Part shown: piece by piece, positions 37,546-51,290 of the stretch | How the letters are laid out: each line of letters begins with the position of its first letter | Numbering within the stretch: the stretch's first letter is position 1 | NCBI RefSeq assembly: GCF_009914755.1 | Contig: NC_060927.1 | DNA length: 64,000 nucleotides | Reading direction: 5' to 3' (one strand) | From: the human T2T-CHM13v2.0 reference genome, Homo sapiens | Made by a program: the position numbers and the translations under genes | Notes under the pieces: generated by a model | Told to the model about the DNA's origin: nothing | Seen by the model: the letters and a program-made list of their open reading frames with translations, nothing else | The model's database searches: none

Positions 37546-39313
37546 AAGTAAATAATAACTGAGATTTCCCCCAGATTTCATGAAAAACATTTATTTACAA
37601 ATCCTTAAGGAACTCAGAAAAAAAGCAAACAGAAAAATACAAAGAAAGTCACACCTAGGCATATCATAAATTCATTTCTTTAAAGCTAAAGATGAAAGAA
37701 ACCAAAAAAAAACCTTAAAATCCACCAGAGAAAGCAGAAAAAACAATTATTCAGGGAATAAATAATATAAATCATGACTGACTTCTCATCAGAAAAATGG
37801 ACACCAAAAGATAATGGAATAGCGTCTTTTAAATAGCAAAGGAATGTGGTGGCAGTTAGGTCAGTTGGTTGGTGTGGTGCTAGTATATAGCAAAAGAAAA
37901 AAACAATACTAACAACCAAAAAACCTGTAAAACTTGATTCTATGTCTAGTAAAAATAGTTTTGAAAAACAATAGCAGAATGAAGACATTTATGGTAAACA
38001 AACTGAGGATAATTTGTAGTTAGCAGGTGTGTACTACAAAAAAAAAAAAGAAAAATGTTAAATAATTTTCTTCAAGCTAAAAGGAAATTATACCAGACAA
38101 AAACTCAAACCTACAGGAAATAATAGGGGACATAAGAAATGATAAATAATTGGGCAAATAGAAAATGTTTTTTGTTTCTCGAATTTTCCTGAGGAAACAA
38201 CTGTTTGTATGAAGTAAAAATAATCACACTGTAAAGTGGGTTTATAAAATCTGTAAGTAAAACCTGTGACAATAGTGAAAGGGAAGACAAGGAAAATAGA
38301 ACTATACCCCATAAGCTTATTACATTTCTGAATGTTTTGGAAAATGGGCTCTGAGGCTTAAATCTGAAGTGATAATATATGGGCTCTAGGTAGACATTAA
38401 TAAGTTAGAGATACAGAATATTAGTCCTAGAGCTATTATCATAAAGTAAATAAAAAGAGATATAGTAAAGCAAGCCAATAGAGAAATAAAATAAAACAAA
38501 AGTATATGACTCACCCAAAAGTGGCAAGAAAGGAATAAGAAAGCAGCAAAAACAGAAGGGACCAGTGGAAAACAAATAGCAAAATGGTAGGTTTAAACAT
38601 GGCTATATCAATGTTTGCATTAAGTGTTAAACATTCCTATTAAACAGTAGAGTTTGTCCTATTGAATTAACAAAAAAGGGGCCAAATATACCATATAAAC
38701 TATATTAATAAGAAAGCTGAAATGAACAAAGTATAAACCAACAAGAAGAATAATATTAGAAATAAAAATAGATACTTGATAATTGTAAAGAGACAATCAG
38801 GAAGAAATAACAAGCCTGAATGTGTATGTGCTTAATAATAGAGATTTTTAAAAAGAAGAATTGAAGACTGACACATCCAAAGAAGAAATAGACTCATAAA
38901 CAGATATAGTTGGTTATTTTCATCTTTTCACAGTAATTGATAGAAAAATTGAGTTCAGAACAGGTACAGAAGATCCAAACAACATTACCAACCAACTTGA
39001 ACCAATCGATATTTGTAGCACACAATACATGACAACTGCAGAATGTACATTCTTTTTACCTACCAAGATAGAGCACATGTTGAGCCATAAAATCTCTCAA
39101 TGTATTTCAAAATATGGAAATCATGCAAATTGTGTTCTTGGAGTCTAATGTTATAAATTATAAATCAATACAAAAATAAGATTTTAAAACTCATAAAATA
39201 TCTGGAAATTAAATAAGAATCTTCTAAATGACTCATGAGTGAAAGAAGAAATCATAAAAGAAAATATATTGAACAGAAATAAAAACAGGACACATAAAAG
39301 ATTGTAGGATGCA

Positions 39314-40887
39314 CATACTACCCAACTTCAAAATATGCTACAAAGCATTAGTAACCAAAACAGTCTGGTGTTGGTATAAAACAGACAAATATACCGGTGG
39401 GACAGAACAGAGAACCCAGAAATAAATCTATGTGTTTGCAGCCAGTTGATTTTTGACCCAAGGTGCCAGGGACATACATTGGGAAAATGACACCCTCTTC
39501 AATAAATAGTACTGGGAAAGCCATCAAACTAGAAACCTTTCCCTGGTCATATATGAAAATCAACTCAAAATGAATGAAAACTTAAATGTAAGATACAAAA
39601 TGATAAATCTACCAGAAGAAAACATGATAAATGCTTTAGGACATTGGTCTAGGCAAAGATTTCATAGGTGAGACTTCAAAAGCACAGGCAACAAAAACAA
39701 AAAGACAAATGAGAATATCTCAAACTAAAAAACTTGTGCACAGCAAAGGAAACGATGAGCAGAGTGAAGAGACAACCTGTAGAAAGAGAGAAAATGTTTG
39801 GAAAGTATACATCCGATAAATGATTAATATCCAGAATATACGAAAAATTCAAACAACTCAAAAGCAAAACAAACCCCAAAAATATGATTTTAATAATGGG
39901 CAAGGGATTTGGATAAACATTTCTCAAAAGAAGACATACAAACTTACAAAAAATATAAGAAAAAATGTTCAACATCACTAATCATCAGGGAAATGCAAAT
40001 CAAAACCACAATGAGATATTATCTCACTCCGGTTAGAAATGTTATTATCAAAAAGCAAAAAGAAATCACAAATGCTGGTGAGGATGTGAAGGAAAGGGAA
40101 CTCTTACACATTCTTGGTTGGAAGATAAATTAGTACAGCCATTATGGAAAAGAGTATGGAGGTTTCTCAAAAGATTAAAAACAAAACTATCATATGATCT
40201 AGTAATTCTACTACAGGGTATTTATTCAAAGGAAAGAAAATACATATATTGAAGAGATACCTGCACCTTTATATTTATTGCAGATCTATTTAAAATAGCC
40301 AAAATATGGAATCAACCTAAATGTCCATCAATGGATGAATGAATAAAGAACTTATGATACATATACACAATGGAATACTATTCAGCAATAAAAAAGAATG
40401 AAATATGGTCATTCACAGCAACATGGATGAGCCTGGGAGGACATTATTTTAAGTGAAATAAGTCAGAGACAGAAAGACAAATACTACATGTTCTCACTCA
40501 TATGTGGGGGCTAAAAATATTGAGTTAATAGAAGTAGTGAGTAGAACTGTGGTTATCAGAGGCTGGGAAGGGTAGCAAGGAGGGAAAGATAGGAAAAAGC
40601 TGGTTAAGGTATACAAAGTTACAGCTGAGTAGGAAGAATAAGTTCTATGTTCTGCAGCACTATAGGGTGAATATAGCTAATGATAATGTAGTGTATATTT
40701 TCAAAAAGCTAGAAGAGAAGATTTTTGAATGTTCACAACACAAAGAAATGATAAATGTTTCAAGTGATAAATATATTAGTTATTCTTATTTGATCATTAC
40801 ACATTGTAGATAAGAATGCAAAGATCACTCTGTATCCCATAAATATGTACAATTATTACCTGTAAACTAAACATAAAAGGAAAAAAA
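39314..40887 (+). mobile_element. L1MA 3' portion nested in the older L1M
   Basis: ORF2 C-terminal remnant ([15 protein letters not shown]) and L1MA-type 3'UTR; TSD TAGG(A/T)TGCA at 39305-39313 and 40888-40896. Confidence 0.85.
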
Positions 40888-40999
40888 TAGGTTGCAGCCA
40901 AAGCTGTGCAGAGGCAAATTTACAGCTTTAAATATCCATATTAGGAAAAAAAGTTTTAAAATAAATTATGTAAGCTCCTACATTAAAATATTTGAAAAA

Positions 41000-41300
41000 G
41001 GCTGGGTGCAGTGGCTGCCACCTGTAATCCCAGCAGTTTGGGAGGTCGAGGTAGGAAGATCACTTGAGTTCCGGAGTTGGAGACCAGCCTGGACAACATA
41101 GAGAGACTTTGTCTCTACAAAAGATGAACAAAATTAGCTGATCATAGTGGCACATGACTGTAGTCCCAGCTACTAGGGGAGCTGAGATGGGAGGATTACT
41201 TGAACCTGGCAGGGGAAGGCTACAGTGAGCCGAGATCATGCCACTGTACTACAGCCTGGGTGACAGAGCAAGAACCTGTCACAAATAAAGATAGAAAGAA
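41000..41300 (+). mobile_element. AluJ
   Basis: Diverged dimer whose tail has become a purine microsatellite. Confidence 0.9.
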
Positions 41301-41394
41301 AAAAGGAAGGAAGGGAGGGAGGGAGGGAGGAAGGAAGGAAAGAAGGAAGGAAGGAAGGAAGGAAGGAAGGAAAGAAGGAAGGCAGGCAGGCAGG
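41301..41394. repeat. (GGAA)n/(GGGA)n/(GGCA)n compound microsatellite
   Basis: Read directly; 7 consecutive GGAA at 41345-41372. Confidence 0.95.
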
Positions 41395-41565
41395 TAAAAA
41401 GAAGAAGAGATTAAGACCTAAGATAAACATAAAAATAAAGTATGAGCAGAATTCAACCATAGAGAATTAAACAAAGCCAACAATTGGTTTTTTTAACATA
41501 ATTAATACAAACAGTTAAACCTCTAGCAAGATTAATCAAAAAAAGAGGAAAAAGCAAAAGAATAC

Positions 41566-41803
41566 CACGATCTTGCCTTACTGCAACCTCTGCCTTCCAC
41601 GTTCAAGCAATTCTTGTGCCTCAGCCTCCCGAGTAGCTGGAATTGCAGACTCCTGCCACCACGCCTGGCTAATTTTTGTATTTTTAGTAGGGACAGGGTT
41701 TCACCATGTTGGCCAGGCTTGTCTTGAACTCCTGACTTCAGGTGATCCACCCTCCTCAGCCTCCCAAAGTGCAGATTACCGGCATGAGCCATAGCACCCA
41801 GCC
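41566..41803 (-). mobile_element. AluS lacking its 3' end and tail
   Basis: Antisense Alu begins abruptly at cacgatcttgcc with no poly-T. Confidence 0.9.
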
Positions 41804-43013
41804 TATCAGAATTTAATAAATAACAATCATCTGAATAGATGCAGCAAATTTTTTCACAGAACTGAACATTCTTCCATAATAATAACTCTAGGAACTAGGA
41901 AAGAAGGGAATCTTCCTCAGTCTGATAAAACTGATCTGTAAAAAACCTCCAGCTAACATTCTACTTAATGATTGAAGAAATCTTTCTTAAGATTAGAGAA
42001 AAGGGAAAGTTTATTCTTGGCAATTATCTTCAATATTATTCTAGAGGCTCCAGTTAGGACAATAAACCTAAATAAATAAACATGCAAAGTAGAACATAAA
42101 GATTGGAAATATATAAAGTAAACAAAAAAACTGTAAAAATTACAAAAATAAATCTATCAGATAAGATAACTTAGCAAAGTCACATCATATAAATACAAAC
42201 AAATGAATTTTATTTTTGTGTATAGGTCGTTAACAACTGAAAAACAATAATCTTTACCATAGCATTAAAATAACACCACAAAACAGGAAGAAATTTAACA
42301 AAAAGATAGGCAGGACATTTATACTGAAACATTGATGAGATAAATTTAAGCACATATTTTCGTTTCTGTTATACCTTGTGTAGAGGGGTGGGAATCACAA
42401 CTCAATTCAATTATTTGCAGCTGTTTCACTTCTGCAATTTACTTAGCTTAAACTCAGTTTCTAATTCGTTGTCATCATTCATAAAATTCATTTTCTGGAT
42501 AGGTCATTAATAGAATTGGAAATATGTGAAGTAATTGGCATAAACCCTGAACTTAATAGAAGTACAGCAAATTGAAATAGTTTTATTATTGTTATTATGA
42601 ATAATGCATTATAAAGTGAGATACTTATATTTATTACTTTAGCAATAAAGAAACCATAGGCAAGACTTTGAATAAAGAAAACAACATATGATTGATAGCG
42701 TAAGTGAAGATTAATTTTCATAATGGTGAGAAATCCAGGCTTATTTAGCCTTTTATTTACTAATAAATTCTGAAGATAAGTCATAAAACAATGTACGGAT
42801 AGTAGATACACCAGTGTACATAATGTCAGGTCTTTGCAGAAGTGGCAAGTAGCTCAAAAGTAGGTTAATATGAGAAATTTCTTTTTCAAACAAAATGAGA
42901 TAGCATTGTTCCAGGACTTCTTATTGGGACCTGTTCAATCCTGAACCACTCCATCTAAGTCTGCATATCTCCAAAACCACAGTCGTCATTCTTGTTTGGG
43001 ATGATGTTCTTAA

Positions 43014-43525
43014 ATGTCTTATTTCTGGTTCCCTCAAAAACAGAAACCCAGACAGGAACTTTGGTCCTGGTAATTTATTCAGGCGATGATCCAGGAAGCA
43101 AGAAAGGGGAGCAAACAAAGTAAGACAGGGACACAGAAGCGTCAATATAGAATGATTTATCGAGGTTACACTGTGGGCAATGAGGGATTTTTTTCCAAAA
43201 CCTGAGAAACATACAGAAAGTTTCCCAAAATTTTCCCTTAGCCAGACAGAAATCTGCAATATTTATCCACAAGCTCCATGAATTGAAAATTACATGAAGG
43301 CATTAACTCCCCTAACTCTCTGCCTATCCAGGCTGCGTGTGTACCAGGCTGAGTAGATTCCCAAAGTGTCAGAGAAGGCACTGAAGCAGAGTACAGATAT
43401 ACACATAAAATGAGCTTTAGATGGGACTCTATCAATGTGTGGCAGATCTGAACTAGCACAGAACTGCCCTCTGCAGCTAAGGCTGAAATCAGAAATGAGC
43501 TAAGGTGATAATGATATTAACTAGA
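43014..43525 (-). mobile_element. Old ERVL solo LTR (LTR16/33/41-like)
   Basis: ggttccctcaaaaacagaaacccagacagg...tttattcaggcgatgatccaggaagca resembles the antisense end of these LTRs. Confidence 0.55.
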
Positions 43526-43628
43526 AGACCCTATGTAGCACATCAAGTGTAAAAACGGGTTAGGTTTTCTTCACTCTACTAATGCTGAGGCACTCCTCAG
43601 CATTGACAAAATCATGTATTTTGTCAAG

Positions 43629-43984
43629 TGTCTTAGTCTTTTCAGGCTGTGATAACAAATACCATCAACTAGTTAGCTTATAGACAACAGGAATTTCTCT
43701 CTCATAGTTCTGGAGAATGGGAAGTCCAAGGCACTAGCACGTTTGGTGTCCAGTGGGGAATCATTTCCTTATTCATAGATGATACCTTCATACTATTCCT
43801 TCACATGATAGAAGGGACTAACTGGCTCTCTGGAGTCTTTTAATGAGGGCACAAGTCCCAGTCATGAGAGCTCTGCCTTCATTCATAACTCAGTCATCTC
43901 CCAAAGACCTCACCTCCTCCATTGCCTTAGGGGTTAGGATTTCAACATGGAATTTGAGGAGATACAAACATTAAGATCATAGCA
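43629..43984 (-). mobile_element. MSTD/MLT1A-like MaLR solo LTR
   Basis: TGTCTTAGTC...ataacaaataccat...gggaagtccaag...acaaacattaagatcatagca. Confidence 0.85.
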
Positions 43985-45369
43985 AGAAGACTGTCATCAG
44001 AAGATAATTATTGAATTTTAATATTTAATCATGATACAAAATAGAAAAAAATTACTGTCTATAGGTCATTTTAAAAGATTATAAAAATATAAGGAGGTCA
44101 AAAAATTTAGATTGCATTTAGAATATAACCTAAACATCATAATTTGATAAAGTCTAGATTGGCAGTGCTATTTGTACCAGGTCACATATTAGACATATAT
44201 AAGTCACATATAAATTTAGAGGTCATAAATATTCCCCATATTCCCAACCCATAGATTTTTTCGCTAGTCTACTCAGTCTTTATCCACATCACCTGCTTTG
44301 ATGCCTGAATCAATGTTGACTCATAAATAGATTGACATGAACGAGTACTGTGGCACGGTTACGTCTCCTGCTCCCCCTCACCCACCACTGTGCTGGGTGA
44401 GCTGCATCAAATAAATGAAACCAGCTACAGCCTGGAAGTATGGTGTCACTTATGTCTGCTGTTCTCCTAAATGTTATCCCATTTAAGAGGCTACAGACAG
44501 AGGCTTAATTCTTATGGAAAATGTTCTTCTGGTGTGTTAATTAGCTCTTCTGAGGAACAGAATAAGCATGTGCTCCCACAAGTCCTTTTTTTTCCAGTAG
44601 AGCCAGAAACACACACATTCGTTAAAAAGAACCGTGAACCCTTTGAAAAACCATTAGTAAAGATTTTATTTTGTTCAGCTTTATTGTGATATAATTGAAA
44701 TATAAAAATTATATAGATTTATATTGTATAACATTATGTTTTGATGTATGCGTACATTGTTAACTGAGTACCAAAAGCAAGCTAATTAAAATGTCCATCT
44801 CCTCATATACTTACCATTTTTGTGTGTGTGATGAGGACACTTAAGTTCTACTCTCTTAGCAAGTTTCAAGTATACAATATAAAATTATTAACTATACTCA
44901 TTATGCTGTACATTAAGTCTCTGGAATTTATTCATCCTGCATAACTGAAACATTGTGCCCTTTCACCAATATCCTCCCATTTTTCGTACTCCCAAACTCT
45001 TGGCAACACCAAGCTACTCTCTGTTCCTATTATTTGACATTTTTTAGATTCCATATGTAAGCGGGATCATGCAGTATTTGTCTGTCTGTGCCTGGTTTGC
45101 TTCACTTAGCTTTATGTCCTTCAGTTATGTCATGTTGCAAATAACAGGATCTTCCTTTTTAAGGCTGAATAATATTTCAATATGTATTTGTATTATATAG
45201 AATATATCGTGTGTGTGTGCATGTGTGTATGTGTGTGTGTGTATCCCGTATGTTCCTTTAAAAAAAAATAGACTTAGGGAGTACACGTGGTACAGTTGTG
45301 TTACATGGATACATTGGATAGTAGTGAAGTGTGGGCTTTTAGTCTAGCCATCACCCGAATAGTGTACGT

Positions 45370-45597
45370 CAGGAATCCCCAGCCCCCTGCCCACAGACTG
45401 GTACCCATCTGTGGCCTGTTAGGAACTGGACCACATAGCAGAGAGATCTAGTTTTAATGCTTTTCATGGGAATCTAACTAATTCCTGACGATCTGAGGTG
45501 GAACAGTTTCATCCTGAAACCACCCACCCCCCAACATCAGTGGAAAAATTGTCTTCCACGAAACTGGTCCCTGGTGCCAAAAAGGTTTGGACTCCTG
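45370..45597 (+). mobile_element. MER1B-like hAT element with internal deletion
   Basis: CAGGAATCCCC...GGACTCCTG termini; 8-bp TSD GTGTACGT / GTATACAT. Confidence 0.85.
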
Positions 45598-45855
45598 GTA
45601 TACATTGTACACATTAAGCAATTTCTCATCCCTCACTCTCTTCCAACCCTCCCACCCTCCCAAATCTCCAGTGTCTATTATTCTGCTCTCTATGTCCACG
45701 TACAGGGTATTTAGCTCCCATTTATAAGTGAGAACACATGGTATTTGGCTTTCTGTTTCTGAGTTATTTTACTTAAGATAATGGCCTCTAGGTTCATCCA
45801 CGTTACTGGAAAAAACATAATTTCATTCTTTTTATGGTTGAATAGTATTCCATGG

Positions 45856-46130
45856 TGTGTGTTTGTGTGTGTGTGTGTGTATACATATTGCATGTTTATA
45901 TATGTACATATAATGTGTACATATAGATATACACACACACACAGTGGAATACTACTATATAAATGTTTTATATATATTCTATATACACACACATATTTAT
46001 ATATATAAATATATATAAATAATTATATATTTATATGTAAATAATTATATATAAATATGTGTGTATATATATATACACATATACATATATACATATATAT
46101 ACACACACATATATATACACATATATATAT
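45856..46130. repeat. (TG)n/(TA)n/(CA)n low-complexity expansion within L1
   Basis: Read directly. Confidence 0.9.
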
Positions 46131-49100
46131 GGCATTTTCTTTATCTAACCATGAGTTGATGCACACTTAGGTTGATTCCAGATCTCTGCTATTGTGAATA
46201 GTGCCACAGTCAATGTACAAATGCAGGCATCTTTTTGGTATAATGATTTCTTTTCCTTTGGGTCAGTATCCAGTAGTGGGGTTACTGGATTTAATGGTAG
46301 TTCTATGTTTTCTTCTTTGAGAAATATCCATATTGTTTGCCATAAAGGTTGCACTAATTTATATTCCCACCAACAGTGTATAAGCATTTCTTTTTCTCCC
46401 CAGCCTCATCAACATCTGTTATTTTTCGACTTTTTAAAAATAGCCATTCTGACTGGTGTAAGATGGTATCTCATTGTGGTTTTAATTTGCATTTCTCTGA
46501 TGATTAGTGATGTTGAGTATTTTTTCGCATATGTTTTGGACATCTGTGTATCTTCTGAAACGTGTCTGTTCATGTACTTTGCCCGTTTTTTCAATTGTGA
46601 TTATTTCTTGTTGTTTTTGTTATGATGTTGGAGTTACTTGTAGATTTTGGATATTATTCCTTTGTAGGATGCATGGTTTGCAAATATTTTCTCCTGTTCT
46701 GCAGATTGTCTGTTCACTCTATATTTCTTTTGCTGTGCAGAAGGTTTTTATTTTAACTGAGTCCCATTTGTCTATTTTGGATTTTTTTCTATTTGCTTTT
46801 AAGGTCTTAGTCATAAATTATTTGTCAAGGCACTGTCCCAAGTGTTTTTTCTAGATTTTCTTCTAGTATTTCTACAGTTTAAGGTTTTACATTTAAGTAT
46901 TTAATCCATCTTGAGTTAATTTTTGCATATAGTAAAAGATGGAGAAGCAGTTTCATTCCTCTGCATATGGCTATACAATTTTCTCAGCACCATTTATTGA
47001 ATAGGATGCCCTTGCCCTAGTATATGTTTTTGTTGAAGATAAGTTGGTTGTAGATATGTGGCTTTATTCCTGGGTTCTCTATTCTGTTACATTGATCTAT
47101 GTATCTATTTTTATACCAGTACCATGCTGTTTTGTTTACTAAAAACCTTCTAGTATAATTTTAAGTAATATAACATGAAATCTCCGGCTTTGTTCTTTTT
47201 GCTAAGGATTGCTTTGGCTATATAGGCTCTTTTTCAGTTTCATATAAATTTCGGGTTTGTTTTTTCTAATTCTGTGAAAAATGACATTGGTATTTTGATA
47301 GGAATTGCATTCAATCTGTAGATTGTTTTGGGCCGTATGGTCATATCAATGATATTGATTCTTCTAATCCATGAGCATGTGACATTTTTCCATGTGTTTG
47401 TGTCATCCAAAACACAAACATTTCATTAAACACATTTCATTTGTCAGTGTTTTGTAGTTTTCCTTGTAGAGACCTTTCACCTCCTTGGTTAAATGTATTC
47501 CTCAATATTATTTTTTTAGCTATTGTAAATGAGGTTTACTTCTTGATTTGTTTCTTAGTTTGGTTGTTATTGATGTATATAAACGCTACTGATTATTGTA
47601 AGTTGGTTTTGTACCCTGATTTTAAAATGAGCAAAGACCCCAAATTTACTGAAGTTACTTATCAAATCTAGGAGTCTTTTCTTAATTCATTCATGTTTAG
47701 ATGAACAGAGGTTGATTCCGTATCTGAGCTATTGTGATTATGCTTCAGTGAACATGGGGGTGCAGATAGCTCTTCAAGTTACTGATTTCATTTATTCTGT
47801 ATGTGCATTGAAAAGTAGGATTACTGGACCATGAGGTAGTTTTATTTTTAATTTTCCGAGAAACTTTTATACTGGTTTTCATAATGGTTGTACCAATTTA
47901 CATTCCCACCAACAATAGGTTTGCTTTTCTCCACATCCTCACCAGCACTTGCTTTTTTTTGTATTTTTTATAATAGCTATTCTATCAGCTGTGAGGTGAC
48001 ATCTTACAATGGTTTTGTTTTGCATTTCCTTGATGATTAGTAATGTTTGCCATTTTTTTCATATACCTAGTCATCATTTGTAAGACTGTTTTTGAGAAAT
48101 GTCTTTTCAGGTTCTTTGCCCATTTTTAAATTAGATTATTTGTTTTCTTGCAATTGAGTTGTTTAAACTCCTTATATATTTAGAATATTAACCCTCTATC
48201 AGATGTCTGATTTGCAAATATTTTCACTCATTTCGTAGGTGACCTCTTCATTCTGTTGATTGTTTTTTTACTGTACAAAAGTTTTTTTGTTTGATACGAC
48301 TTCATATGTCTACTCTGGCTTTTGTTGCCTTTGCTTTTGGTGTCACATTCAAAAAATCATTGCCCAGACTAATATAAAGAAGACTTTCTCCTGTGTTTTC
48401 TTTCAGCAGTTCTACAGCTCCAGGTTTTATGTAAAGTATTCAATTGGTATTTATATTTGGCATAAAATAAGTATCCAGTTTTAATTCTTGACGTGGATAT
48501 TCAATTTTTTTCAACATTTATTGAAGAAGCTATCTGTTCCCTATTGTATGTTCTTGGCACTTTGTGGAAAAAACAATTAACCACAAATGCATAGATTTAT
48601 TTCTAAGCTCTCTATTCTGTTCCATTTGGTATACATGTTAGTTTTTATGACAGTACCACACTGTCTTAATTTTGAAACCAGGTAATGTGATGTCTCCAGC
48701 TTTGTTTTTCTTGCTCAAAATCACTTTGGCTATTTGGGCTCTTTTGTGGTTTCAAATTAATTTTATGTTTTTTTTCTCTATGTCACTGAAAACTGCCATT
48801 GGAATTCTGGTAGGGATTGCATTAAATCTGTAGATATCTTTTGGGTGTTTGGATATTTAAATATTAATTATTCCAATTCATGAACATGGGATATATTTTC
48901 ATTTATATGTGTCTTCTGCAATTTCTTTCATCAATATTTTGTAGTTTTAAGTGTATGGATCTTCAGCCTCCTTGGTCAAATATGTTCTTAAGTATTTTAT
49001 TTTTATACTATTTTAAATAATTAAATAATTAATGCCCATCCTTTTCAGACTCTTCCAAAAAATTGAAAAGGAGAGACCACCACCAAACTCATTTTAGGAG

Positions 49101-49768
49101 ACCAGCATTCCACTGATACTAAATCCGCCTAAATAAAGAAACAAATAACAGATCATCAATATCCCTGGTGAACACAGACATAAAAATTCTCAACAAAATA
49201 CAAGCAAACCAAATTCAACAACACATTAAAAGCATCATACACCATGATCAAATGGGACTTACCACAGGAATCACAAGGATTGTTCAACACATGCAAATCA
49301 ATATATGTGACATATCACATTAACAGGTCCACAAGGACAGGCCTGTATCTTGGTTCTATGGTGGCTGGCATGGAGTCAGGGTCCACTGGAGTGAGCCTGG
49401 TGACTGGGTATGCTGACATGGACCTGGAGCCTGTGTCTATGGAGGCTGTCCTGAAGCCTAGGTACAAGGGGTCCATCCTACAGCTGGGGTGGTTCTTGAG
49501 CCTGAGTTTACATTAGCTAGCCTGATGTTGAGGCAAGTTTGGAGCCAGCAACAACAGAGATGAGCCTGGAGTCTGGGTCTGCAAGGGCTGGCTGGCCTGG
49601 TGCCAGGGTACACTGGTGAAGGCCTGGTGTTTGGGTCCACAGTAAAGTCAGGTGCTTCCTTCACTTTTATCTCATCACACAGCCAGTATGTCTTTCCATG
49701 AGGCACTGCTTAGGTGTGAGGAAGGGGTGACATGGGGAATTGTAAAAATGTCCTTCCAGTTCTGCTAA

Positions 49769-49946
49769 ATGTATCTTTTCTTACTTCTGTGCTCCTATAA
49801 TCTTTCACCTGGTTTTCTCAGCTCCTGGTAATATATTTTCATAAGTGAATAGTCACTTATGTATCTTTTCTTACTTCTGTGCTCCTATAATCTTTCACCT
49901 GGTTTTCTCAGCTCCTGGTAATATATTTTCATAAGTGAATAGTCAC
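49769..49946. repeat. Perfect 88-bp direct duplication with TT spacer
   Basis: 49769-49856 is identical to 49859-49946. Confidence 0.97.
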
Positions 49947-50602
49947 CCAAATTGTAAGTGAACAAGAGCTGGAACCTCCTATTTCACTATTTTGCTGATG
50001 TCACTTCCATTAGCATACGTTTTAAAATTTGTAATTAGGAAGGTTAAAAATAACTTGAAGCCAAGTTTATTAAAATGTCTAACATATCCTAAATTACAAG
50101 ACGTATTTCCTATTTACTTTACCTCCTTTGCTACCAAGCTTGCATCTTAGCATGATTTCTTTCTCATGAACTTAAATCCAACTAGCTAAAAGTGGCAATC
50201 TTTTTGATCACTGAAGCCAGGCTCTATATTTCAGCTCACGTGCTCCATAAATTATATGCAATATTTGACCCTGTTAATAACTCTTCTTCTTGCCATTCCT
50301 TTGGCTTCCTTGACTTTGAACTCTACTGGTTCTCTTCTTCCTCCTCCTCCTTTTTTTCTACTCTCTCGCTGACTGCCTCTAAAAGTAAATATTTTCCAAA
50401 AAATAGGGTACAATATATGGATACTTCCTCAGGTTCTCTCCTCAGGTCCCTCCTCTTACTTCTGACTCTCCTCATCAAGAAATGACCTCTATCCCCACAG
50501 GCTGGAATCCCTCATTTGTTACCTAGGGAACCAGGCAATCACCTTTTACACACTAAGTGAACCAACCAGACCAAAATAGCAATGCAAAGGCTTTGAAAAC
50601 TA

Positions 50603-50787
<185 letters not shown>

Positions 50788-50869
50788 AAAATATTCTAAT
50801 ATATGGCAGAGTGATGACATTCTTAATATCTATATTCATGTATCAGTGCAACACAGAAGACCTCAAATA

Positions 50870-51200
50870 AAAATTAATGAAGAGCATTAATAATTTCCCA
50901 AAGAAAGACCACAAATGACCAATGCATATATGAAAAATTCTCAACTTTGCCATAAATCAAAGAGAGGAAAATTAATAATAAACTTCCATTTTCTGTTGAA
51001 TAAATCAGCACCTTTTTTTTTTTTTAATTACTACTTAGTGTTGAGAAGTTTCTAGGAGGGGGGTACCTTTCTTACACTGCTACCTTAAAAGTGTTACATT
51101 ATCCTGGAAAAAAATAGGACGATATTTTGCAAAAGCCTCAAGAATGCTGATTGTTTAACCCAGCAGTTTCATTCCTGGGACTTGGTCCTAAGGGGAAAAA

Positions 51201-51240
<40 letters not shown>

Positions 51241-51290
51241 TATTCACAAGGTTGTTTATTGAAGTATTATTTATAATTGCAAAAAACACA
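50870..51290 (+). mobile_element. L1ME-like 3' fragment containing (A)n(TA)n at ~51196-51238
   Basis: caaatgaccaatgcatatatgaaaaattctcaac; tttaacccagcagtttcattcctggga. Confidence 0.6.

Larger units (their letters stand above)
45262..47680 (-). mobile_element. L1PB4-like 3' portion
   Basis: Antisense 3'UTR (gtgaagtgtgggcttttag...catcacccgaatagtgtac) and ORF2 C-terminal remnants (ORFs 46145-46387 and 46409-46594). Confidence 0.85.
44669..50006 (-). mobile_element. Rearranged L1MA element with nested L1PB and an internal inverted segment
   Basis: L1MA 3'UTR at 44669-45260 resumes at ~47680-49010; sense ORF2 piece at ~49028-49325; L1M 5'UTR-like sequence to ...tttgctgatgtcacttcc. Confidence 0.7.
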
